Below, in pieces: positions 1-8,600 of a DNA stretch of 44,190 nucleotides. The translations under genes and the position numbers were made by a program. This DNA is from Candidatus Entotheonella sp. DD2. Its GTDB lineage: Bacteria; Tectomicrobia; Entotheonellia; Entotheonellales; Entotheonellaceae. The notes under the pieces are model-generated. The model did not search any database. It was not told where the DNA came from and worked only from the letters and a program-made list of their open reading frames with translations. Each line of letters opens with the position of its first letter. The stretch's first letter is position 1. The stretch is from NCBI GenBank assembly GCA_964656735.1, contig CAZZSM010000001.1:808198-852387 (forward strand), given 5' to 3'.

Positions 1-121
1 TCTGGGCTAAGAGCCATGCCGCAAGCACCAATGCGGTGAGGCTCTGAGCTTGCCCGATGGCGGTGAGATACGGTTGCCTAGCTGGATCATCGTGACGTAT
101 GCTGTCGCTGAGGCATAGCAT
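1..121 (-). mobile_element. Probable N-terminus of a transposase (ISKra4/ISLre2-like), running off the window edge
   Basis: ATG at 121 with an upstream AAGGG. The open frame MLCLSDSIRHDDPARQPYLTAIGQAQSLTALVLAAWLLAQ continues to the edge and resembles, from memory, N-termini of ISKra4-type transposases. Only 40 codons are visible. Confidence 0.35.
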
Positions 122-235
122 GGCAAGGCCCTTCCCGTTTGGCACCGAATGTGGATGATTCCAAAAGGGTAGCGGATTTTGACTGCTATGCCAGTCCTCC
201 CCCAACTAAATTTTGCGCCCTGGCTTGCCTCAATC

Positions 236-2284
236 TTAGTATTTTACTTTTTTGAATTGTTCTTTCATCTCGTTGAGAGATGGTAGTGTGCGGTACTTGA
301 GCAGTGGACTCATCGCATTAGCTAGACCTGCAAGCAGGCTGAGATTGTACAGAATCATACCAGTCACAAGGCCAAAACTCAGAAAGAACACACCACCTAA
401 GCAAATAACCCCCGGGATGATACTGGTCCTGAGATTGTTTTTCATGTTACTTTCGAAATCATAAGTGATGTCAAACAATTGGCTGAGGTTCGTCAGCGTG
501 CCATCCATCAAGATAATCTGCGCCGTATCTGTTGCCGCGGTCGAAGCCCCGCGCAGGGAAATCGAGACATTTGCTGTTTTCAAAGCAATGGAGTCGTTGA
601 TCCCATCGCCAACAAAGCCGACGAATTTCCCCTCCTGACACAGTTGCTCCACCAAGGCCGCCTTGTTCTCCGGCAAGGTCTCGGCAAAGTAATGCGGGAT
701 GCCCAAGGACTCGGCTAACTGACGGGTGGGCTCTTCGTGATCGCCTGAGATGATGTAGAGGGACATCTGGCGCTCACGCAAGCAATCGATGACGGCTTTC
801 GCCTCGGGCCGGATGGTTGGGCGCAATTCAATTGCCCCTTCCACTTGCTCGTCAAGCGCCAGGTAGACCAGGGAGGCGCCCTTGTGGTTACACTCGGCTT
901 GGAGCTTTTGCAGGTCATCGGACAGCTCGATCCCTTCCCGCTCCATAAACCGGGCGCTTCCGACCCGCACCAACCGGTCGTGGAGCCGGACTTGAATCCC
1001 GTAGCCCACTTCATAAGCCGCCTCATCAATGGGCGGTAGATTCAGGCCATGGTGCTCCGCTTCCTCCAAGATCGCCTTGGCAATGGGGTGGCTCTGCCGG
1101 TACTCGGCCGCAGCAGCATACGTCAGGAGTTCCATTTCCGGCACGCCGTTGCAGGAATGGATGCGGCTCACATGGGGTTGCTCCAGGGTCAAGGTGCCGG
1201 TTTTGTCGAACACGATTGTATCGACCTGGCTAAGCGATTCCAGCGCGCGGCCATCTTTGACCAAAATGCCCTTTTGGGAGAGGATTTGCAAAAAGTTCAA
1301 CACGCTAATCGGGGAGACGAGCCGCATGGTGTAGCCAAAGCTGGCCCAGATGATCGATAAGGCCCGGTCGAGGCCAAGAAGCGGCCAGGTGAGGCCACTG
1401 ACGACTAGTGTGGGCAGGGTCCAGTTATCGGCGATCTTCTGGCCACGCGCTTGTAGCGTGTCCTTAAAATCTTTGCTGCGATTCAAGATCTCACCGATCT
1501 GAGCCGCGATGGTTTCCGCTCCGGCTTTTTCAACCTCAATGCAAATACGACCGGACAGGACGACCGTGGCCGCATAGGCGCTCTCGCCCGCTTCCTTTTC
1601 CACCGGTTGGGCTTCGCCGGTCAACAGGTGTTGATCGACCGTGGCCAGGCCAGCGGTCACCACGCCATCGACCGGGATCATTTCGCCGGCGTTGACCACG
1701 ACGATATCGCCCGGTTGCACCGCCTCAAAAGGGGTTTGCATCTCGACCTCATCGCGTAGCACCCACACCATGCGGGGCTGTTCGCCAAACACATTGATCA
1801 ACTTCTTGCGGGAGTTATCCTCAGTCTTCATGAGCAGTTTGAAGCCGAGGCAGGCGAACCAGCTCGTCATGGCTGCGAGCACGATATGTCCGGTGATCAA
1901 CATGCCCCCGGTCAGGATGAGATCCCCGACATCGGTGGTGACCCGCCGTTCTTTAAGCGCGCCAGCAGCGCTACGCACAATCGGCGTCGCGGCATAGAAA
2001 ATGGCGCCCAAACTGAGAAAGGTCAACGGCGGATACACCAGAGCGCCAAGGATGGCGGCGCCCAGCATGCTTGACGACAAGGCGAAAAACCGATTGACCT
2101 CTTTCTCCATCTCGCCTCTAGCCTCGTCTGCGCTAGCGGAAGTCGTTGCGGGTGGTTCGTGAGCTTCAGGATTGCGTTGGGTCACAAGGAACTTAGCGGC
2201 GTTTTTCTTGCCGGACCTGGGGGACAAGCGGCTGGCAAACAAAAGGCTGCTCGCAGCACTCGTCAGTAGAATTTCGACTAACAT
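236..2284 (-). CDS. P1B-type (heavy-metal-like) P-type ATPase, atypical, no CPx motif
   Basis: TGE (LLTGEAQP), DKTGTLT, HP (SHPIA) and GDGIND motifs plus hydrophobic segments. The pre-phosphorylation helix reads SFGYTMRLVSP instead of CPCALGLATP. Confidence 0.92.
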   Translation of the reverse strand: MLVEILLTSAASSLLFASRLSPRSGKKNAAKFLVTQRNPEAHEPPATTSASADEARGEMEKEVNRFFALSSSMLGAAILGALVYPPLTFLSLGAIFYAATPIVRSAAGALKERRVTTDVGDLILTGGMLITGHIVLAAMTSWFACLGFKLLMKTEDNSRKKLINVFGEQPRMVWVLRDEVEMQTPFEAVQPGDIVVVNAGEMIPVDGVVTAGLATVDQHLLTGEAQPVEKEAGESAYAATVVLSGRICIEVEKAGAETIAAQIGEILNRSKDFKDTLQARGQKIADNWTLPTLVVSGLTWPLLGLDRALSIIWASFGYTMRLVSPISVLNFLQILSQKGILVKDGRALESLSQVDTIVFDKTGTLTLEQPHVSRIHSCNGVPEMELLTYAAAAEYRQSHPIAKAILEEAEHHGLNLPPIDEAAYEVGYGIQVRLHDRLVRVGSARFMEREGIELSDDLQKLQAECNHKGASLVYLALDEQVEGAIELRPTIRPEAKAVIDCLRERQMSLYIISGDHEEPTRQLAESLGIPHYFAETLPENKAALVEQLCQEGKFVGFVGDGINDSIALKTANVSISLRGASTAATDTAQIILMDGTLTNLSQLFDITYDFESNMKNNLRTSIIPGVICLGGVFFLSFGLVTGMILYNLSLLAGLANAMSPLLKYRTLPSLNEMKEQFKKVKY

Positions 2285-2337
2285 ATGTATCGCCTCAACA
2301 TTCGCGATATAGAATGGGCTGCGGAGTATAGCGGGAT

Positions 2338-2380
2338 ATAGTAGGACAAAATCGCCTTAAAATCGCCCAAAAACACTTCC
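2338..2380 (-). promoter_or_regulatory. Putative promoter of the ATPase gene: GGCGAT direct repeats at 11-bp period plus -10 TACTAT
   Basis: The minus strand reads ggaagtgtttttgGGCGATtttaaGGCGATtttgtccTACTAT. Repeats are at 2362-2367 and 2351-2356, and the -10 at 2338-2343 follows a 7-nt gap. Confidence 0.6.
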
Positions 2381-2524
2381 AATCTCAACCGTTCTTTTGC
2401 GGCTTTGCCGCCTCTCCTATATAGTTTGCGTCGGAGACGCGCGGCACCTAGGCGGTGTTGGACCTGGCGCAGCGGCGCGTCGATATCCACCGCTTTTCCC
2501 TTGATTGATGTGGCTCGGCTAACA

Positions 2525-2570
2525 TGGAGGGCGTTCTTAGGGCGTTTTTAAGGCGTTTTGATTTTATGAT
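2525..2570 (+). promoter_or_regulatory. Putative mbtH promoter: three GGCGTT direct repeats at 11-bp period plus -10 TATGAT
   Basis: GGCGTT at 2530, 2541 and 2552; TATGAT at 2565-2570 after a 7-nt gap. Confidence 0.65.
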
Positions 2571-2591
2571 AAATCATGAAAAAAAAATGGA

Positions 2592-2665
2592 TCCGCTAAG
2601 GACGCTAAGGAGTGCTAAGCAAGGCCAAAGCCGGATCCACGAAGGACACTAAGGAACACGAAGAG
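2592..2665 (+). repeat. Short degenerate repeats (GCTAAG x3; CACGAAG/CACTAAG) in the mbtH leader
   Basis: ccgctaaggacgctaaggagtgctaagc ... ccacgaaggacactaaggaacacgaag. Confidence 0.4.
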
Positions 2666-2691
2666 AAGTAAATTTTTCGTAGGAGCACCTT

Positions 2692-3279
2692 ATGCCCTGG
2701 GATGAAGAAGAGGATACCAACACCTATAAAGTGGTTATTAACCACGAGGAACAGTATTCGATCTGGCCGGCCGACCGGGAAAATCCGCTGGGATGGAACG
2801 ATGTTGGCAAAAGCGGCCCCAAGGCCGAGTGTCTGTCCTATATTGAGGAGGTGTGGACCGACATGCGGCCGCTGAGCCTGAGGCGGCAAATGGAGGAACT
2901 GGCCCGCAACCCACCACCGCCACCACCGCCTTCGCCTCTTGACAACACACCCGAAGATGCCCTGGTCCAGCGCCTCGCCACGGGCCGTCATGCAATCGAA
3001 GCCGGCTTGCGCCCGGATCGTACGGTTGAGCGTCTCAAGGAATGCCTCGACCGGCAATTCGTTCACATCAAGTTTACTGAGACGCAGGGCGGGACCGAGT
3101 TGGGAATACCACTCGAGCCCCAGGCCTCCGACTTCGGGCAGGCCGATTTCACCAGCGGCGCAGGTTCCGTGCATCTGGAAGGCAACCTGGTGCTGGATTT
3201 CGTCAAGGTTCGCTTTATTGGGGATGTTGACCTGGGAACCCTGGCGGGTGAAGGTTATCTGCAAATTCGCGAAGATTAG
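2692..3279 (+). CDS. mbtH: MbtH-like A-domain chaperone fused through a poly-Pro linker to a ~105-aa CBF-beta-like domain
   Basis: MbtH signature [10 protein letters not shown]...PLGW...[18 protein letters not shown], then a PPPPPPP linker and an extra C-terminal domain. RBS AGGAG upstream. Confidence 0.92.
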   Translation: MPWDEEEDTNTYKVVINHEEQYSIWPADRENPLGWNDVGKSGPKAECLSYIEEVWTDMRPLSLRRQMEELARNPPPPPPPSPLDNTPEDALVQRLATGRHAIEAGLRPDRTVERLKECLDRQFVHIKFTETQGGTELGIPLEPQASDFGQADFTSGAGSVHLEGNLVLDFVKVRFIGDVDLGTLAGEGYLQIRED

Positions 3280-3283
3280 GACC

Positions 3284-5578
3284 TTATGCCTCCGTGAGCA
3301 TGAGCTGCTCGTCCTTCTGGTGCTGCAATACAGGCTTCATGACAATGCCGAGCGCAGCAGCCAGACCAAAACTATAAAAGAGTTCTGTTGCGATGAAGTC
3401 AAAGTGCAGGAACAAAATACCTCCTGCACACAGCAGGCTTAATGCTATGTAGGACCGGAAGAGCAGCTCGATGTTGCGATTAAATTCATCGGCAAGTATC
3501 AAGAGCTCTAATAGTTGATTGAGACTGGCATCCATCAGCACAATTTGCGCAGTGTCTGTCGCTGCGGTAGTCGCCCCGCGCAGGGAGATCGACACATCTG
3601 CTTGGCGCATGGCAATCGCGTCATTGATCCCGTCGCCTATGAAACACACACAGCGCCCCTCTTCTTGTAACTGCTTGACCAAGTCCGCCTTGTGTTCCGG
3701 CAGGGTATTGGCAAAATAGCCCGGAATGTCCAACTCGGTGGCGAGTTTTTGCGTTGGCGCTTCATGATCACCGGAGATGATGTAGAGCGATAAGCCACGA
3801 GCTTGCAAGCCATCGACAATATGTTTGGCCTCCGGCCGAATCGTCGGTTGCAGTTCAATGCTGCCCGCCAATTCGTCGCCGACCGACACTATCACTAAAG
3901 AATGACCTTGACCGTGACAGAACGCTTGGTGTTCCTGGCTTGCCATAGGTAAGTCGACACCTTCCATGGTCATGAAGCGCTGACTGCCAATGCGTATCAG
4001 ACGCTCCGAGAGCCGCACCTTAATGCCGTACCCCACTTCGTATTGCGCCTGTTCGATGGTGGGCAGGGTTAATTGTTGCTCTTCGGCAGCGGCTTGGATG
4101 GCGCGGGCAATGGGATGCGTCTGCCGATATTCGGCCGCCGCGGCCAGGGCGAGCACTTCGTCATCCGCCATGCCGTTGTACGTGTAGATGTGGGCCACGT
4201 GGGGCTGTTCGAGGGTGAGGGTGCCGGTCTTGTCAAAAACGATGGTATCGATTTTGTCGAGGCGTTCGAGAGATCGGCCATCCTTTAGCAAAATGCCTTT
4301 ACGAGCGGCAATATTGAGGAAATTTAGCATGCTGATCGGCCCTGCCGCGAGCATGCCAAAGAAGTTCGACCCCAACATGGTGATGGCCCCACGGCTACCG
4401 ATGAGGGGCAAACTGACTAGGCTGGCGGTGAGTGTTGGGTATAGGGATCGATCCATCATTTCCACGCTTTTCGAGAGCATATCCAGCTTGTAAGTCGAGG
4501 TGCGGTTGAGAATCTCGCCGATCTGCGCCGCGGTGGTGTCGGCGCCGGCTTTGTCTACGCGCACATAGATGCGTCCGGCCAACACCACGGTGGACGCCAG
4601 CACTTCATCACCGATCGTTTTTTCAACTAGTTGCGACTCTCCTGTGAGCATGTGTTGATCGACCGAGGCCACGCCGTCGAGCACCGAACCGTCAACCGGT
4701 ATCGTTTGTCCCGCGTCGAGCACAATGGTGTCACCGGCTCGCAACTCCGCAAAGGGAAGTTCGATTTCAGTCCCATCCACGAGCACCCACACCGAGCGAG
4801 GCTCGTACTTGAAGACATTGATGAGGCTTTTCCGTGACCGATCCTCGGTAATCATCGCCAGTTTATTGCTCAGGAAAAACAATAGCGTTCCGACGACCGC
4901 GATAAAAAAGTAACCCCAAAACCACATGCCGGCGACATAGAAGGCGATGAGGTGAATCATCCGCAGGCGGCGATCTTCAACCGCGGCTTTATACGCCATT
5001 TGATAGATTTTCAGCGTGAACAAGAATCTCGCGGCAACCGCGAGCACGAATAAGGGCGGAAACACCCACTGGCCAATCAACATGGCCCCAACCGCCACCA
5101 CGCCGAACGCGATATGGCGATTGATGGCCTTCTCTTCTTTGCTGATTTCCAAGATTCCCTCAGAAGCCAGGGTTTGGAGGTGTTGGAGCCGGGTTCGACC
5201 AAACAGCGGATCGATGCGAGCCTGCATAAACTGCTGATACTTGTTGTCGAACATCCTAATGTAGGTGATGATATCTGCGACAATCTCTTCCGCGATGGCG
5301 ATCAAGTTCCGCGTATCGATCATTGCCGGGTATGGTCTCCCGTACAGGGATTTTAACTTTGCATCGCTGCTGTCGTGCAGACGCGCCGGCATCCGGACCA
5401 CACCATTATTGGCCGCCTGGCGCGCATGATCGACCGATCGGTTGGAGTGCTCATCCACCACCGCATCACGATCGTTGAGGAAGGTTTTGGTCCGTTGCCG
5501 CCGACGGAACTTTTTGACCGCGGCGGTGCCAACCGCTAATGTACCGCTCGCGAGGGTTAACGAGAAAACGGGTAACAT
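3284..5578 (-). CDS. Second atypical P1B-type ATPase, no CPx motif
   Basis: LTGES, DKTGTLT, THPIA and GDGIND motifs. The helix reads SNFFGMLAAGP. It starts 40 nt after the PKS-TE stop on the same strand. Confidence 0.92.
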   Translation of the reverse strand: MLPVFSLTLASGTLAVGTAAVKKFRRRQRTKTFLNDRDAVVDEHSNRSVDHARQAANNGVVRMPARLHDSSDAKLKSLYGRPYPAMIDTRNLIAIAEEIVADIITYIRMFDNKYQQFMQARIDPLFGRTRLQHLQTLASEGILEISKEEKAINRHIAFGVVAVGAMLIGQWVFPPLFVLAVAARFLFTLKIYQMAYKAAVEDRRLRMIHLIAFYVAGMWFWGYFFIAVVGTLLFFLSNKLAMITEDRSRKSLINVFKYEPRSVWVLVDGTEIELPFAELRAGDTIVLDAGQTIPVDGSVLDGVASVDQHMLTGESQLVEKTIGDEVLASTVVLAGRIYVRVDKAGADTTAAQIGEILNRTSTYKLDMLSKSVEMMDRSLYPTLTASLVSLPLIGSRGAITMLGSNFFGMLAAGPISMLNFLNIAARKGILLKDGRSLERLDKIDTIVFDKTGTLTLEQPHVAHIYTYNGMADDEVLALAAAAEYRQTHPIARAIQAAAEEQQLTLPTIEQAQYEVGYGIKVRLSERLIRIGSQRFMTMEGVDLPMASQEHQAFCHGQGHSLVIVSVGDELAGSIELQPTIRPEAKHIVDGLQARGLSLYIISGDHEAPTQKLATELDIPGYFANTLPEHKADLVKQLQEEGRCVCFIGDGINDAIAMRQADVSISLRGATTAATDTAQIVLMDASLNQLLELLILADEFNRNIELLFRSYIALSLLCAGGILFLHFDFIATELFYSFGLAAALGIVMKPVLQHQKDEQLMLTEA

Positions 5579-5618
5579 AGTTTTGATCCCAATTTATCTC
5601 CGGATTGCTTACAACGGC

Positions 5619-8600
5619 CTAATCGGACGTGCCTAGCAGGTAGCCCCTCAAGGTTTCCGCCAGAACCGGACTTTGAATAATCGAATAGTGGTCGCCGGGA
5701 ATCTCATGCAATGCGAGCTTGCCGGCTGCCACCGCAGCCCAGCCGAGACTTGCATCTTGGCTCGATTGCCCGGAGTCACTTGAGCAAAAGAATATGATGT
5801 CTCCCGCATAGGGTTGCGGACGATAGTCGTCCATGGCACGAAAGTTAGCCGTATAGACCGCTAAGCGATGGCGAATTTGCTCGGCCTCAAGTTCCGGGGG
5901 CAAGATGCCAAGCCGTCTCCCTTCGGTGACGATAAGCCGCAGTTGCGCTTCCGCGTCGAGCTGCCGCAAGTCATGTACCGAGAGAGACAGTGTCTTCCCG
6001 ACCATCGCACCCATGTAGCTTGCGAAATAAGATGCATAGGTTGCGTCGTCGACCTCGCCGGTTTGCACGCTCGGGAAAAAAGAATCGATCATGACGAGCC
6101 GGGCCACTTCCTCCCCGCGGCTTCGGAGCTGTTGCGCCATTTCAAAGGCCACCAGGCCACCTAGTGACCACCCACCAAATTGGTAGGGGCCTTGGGGCTG
6201 AATGCCCTGCAACAGACTGAGGTAATACGTGGCCATGTCCTCAACCTGGGTGAACGGTGTGTCCTCTCCGTCCAGTCCGCGCGCCTGCATGGCATACACC
6301 GGGAGCTCGGCATCCAGATTGCGGGCCAGATAACGGTAGTCGTAGATCGACCCGCCAACGGGGTGGATCAAAAAGAGCGGTGTTGTTTGGCTGTTGGCCG
6401 ATTGCAGTGGCACGAGAACTGTGGAGCGCGATGGCTGAGGGCGTATCTCGGTCGCCGCTGACGCCGCGTTCATCTCGTCAACAATGGCCGCCAATGCCGC
6501 CACCGTCGGGGCGCTCATGAGATGATTGGGTGACAGCTTGGCTTGCAAGGCGTCGCTCAACGCGGACGTGAGCTGAATCGCCAAGAGAGAATCCCCGCCA
6601 ATCTCGAAAAAATCGTCGTGGATACCCACCTGTTCGATGCCCAAAAAATCTTGCCAAACTTGGGCAATCGTGTGCTCCAGCTCGCTTTCGGGCGCGATGT
6701 ACGTCTGTTCGATCACCGGCCGTGGGCTTTTTGGCTTGGACACGTGAGTAATGTCGGCGTCCGGCCCTTCTTCTCGCATGGTTGACGCCTTGAGACCCGG
6801 CTGCATGTGAAGCTCCAGGTCTTGTGTCGAGACGAGCACCTGCATGAATGAATGCGACAGAATACGGTTGAAAGCCTCGACGCCCTCGGCAGATAATAAC
6901 CCGTGCTGAAGAAGTTGCCGCTCGACAGGAGACGATGCCGGTATGCCCACCGGCGAAGGGATAATCCCATTGCCCGGATCGTCTGTGGGCTCCAGCGCCA
7001 AGGTCCGCAGGACATACGCTTCAATCTCAACCCACCCGCTTCCGTGTTCGTCCATGATCGTGATATCAAATGCCAATGTGTCTTGCCCATGCGGGTGCTG
7101 CTCGGCGGGACGGATATAGCTGTATATCGTTTTCGGTAGCGGGCCTAGGACTCGCAGTTTCTGGTAGGAAAACGGCAGGTAGAATCGTTCATCCGGCGCA
7201 CTGAGGAAATTCGTGGCGCCGTCCAATAAAGTGGGATGTAACGCATAACAGTTGAGGTCTTCAGTATAGGCGTCGGGAAGTTCACAGAGCGTCAAGCTCC
7301 GATCGGCTCCGAGATACGCCTGCTTCAAGGTCTGCCACCTGAGGCTGGCTTCGATGTAGTCGGTTCGAGATCCCGCCTGATCTTCAGTGACCACCCGCTC
7401 CCGCTCCCGACAAATGGCTTGTATCTCACCGATGTCATACGGTTTGGGCGATGCGTCCTCTACGGTGGTGAGGGTTCCTCTGGCATGTTCGCGCCAAGTC
7501 GCGGGCTCGGCTGCCGCTTGACTCATGATCGAGAATTGCCACTCCTCTCCCTGTTGCGTCAGACGCGTTTGCACCTCGATTTCCTCGTCCTCGGCCACCA
7601 CCAGAGGCTGCAATAAGAAGACGTCGCGCAGTTCCATCGCGCCACATTGCACCTGGTGTTCAAACGCCGCGCGAGCCATTTCCAAATACGCGGTTGCCGG
7701 CAGGGTGGCCTGCCCCACGAGCCGGTGTTCATCCAGCACCCAGTGCTTATGGACGCTAAATTGCGTTGTGTAGATGGCTTGCGCCTCGCCCTCGACAATA
7801 CAGTGCTCAAATAACGGATGCGGGACATCGTCTTGCAGCGGAGTTGGCGAAAACCCGGCATGCTGGGCAAGGGTCTTGGCCGCCTCAACCGCCATGCCCA
7901 CTTCCTGCCACGTGTCCCAGTTGATCGAGACCGTGTGGGTCCCATCCCGGTTCGTCTTGTCGTGGGCAAACGCATCGAGAAAGGCGTTAGCAGCGCAGTA
8001 GTCGACTTGCCCAAAGCCGCCAGCCATGGCGGTCAGAGATGAACAGAGGATCCACCAATCCAGCTCGCCATCCTTGAGAAGTGCGTCTAGAACCAGCGTT
8101 CCCTGCACTTTGGGGGCGAGAATCGCGTCCGCAATGTCTCGCGTTTTGCGTTGTATAGCGCCGCCGCCTGGAACGCCAGCAGCGTGGATGACGCCATGTA
8201 GCTGACCAAATCGAACCTGCGCCCGCGTCATCACGACCTGCATTTGTTGGAACTCGGCCACATCCGCTTGCAGCGCCATCACTTCAGCCCCCAACGCTTC
8301 TAAGGTCTGCAGGCTCCGGATTTTGCGGCTCACGTCATCTTGCTCCGGGTGAGCGGCCAGCCATGGGTCCCACTCGGAGCGCTCCGGAAATGCCGAACGT
8401 CCGGTCAAGATCAGCTTGGCCCGCACTGTTTTCGCGAGATATTCGGCCAGGGCCAGGCCAATGCCGCCGAGTCCGCCGGTAATCAGATAGACGCCACCCT
8501 CCCTTAACCGCAGTGTCCCATTACCAGCCCCTTCCAGATGCACAGAATCGAAGCTGCGCACCCAGCGATGATGGCCCCGGTAAGCGATCACCGGTGCCGC

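Noticed and set aside
2605-3264. 219-aa minus-strand ORF over mbtH
   Set aside because: It is antisense to a clear MbtH gene, and its RRRRWWRWW run simply mirrors the Pro linker.
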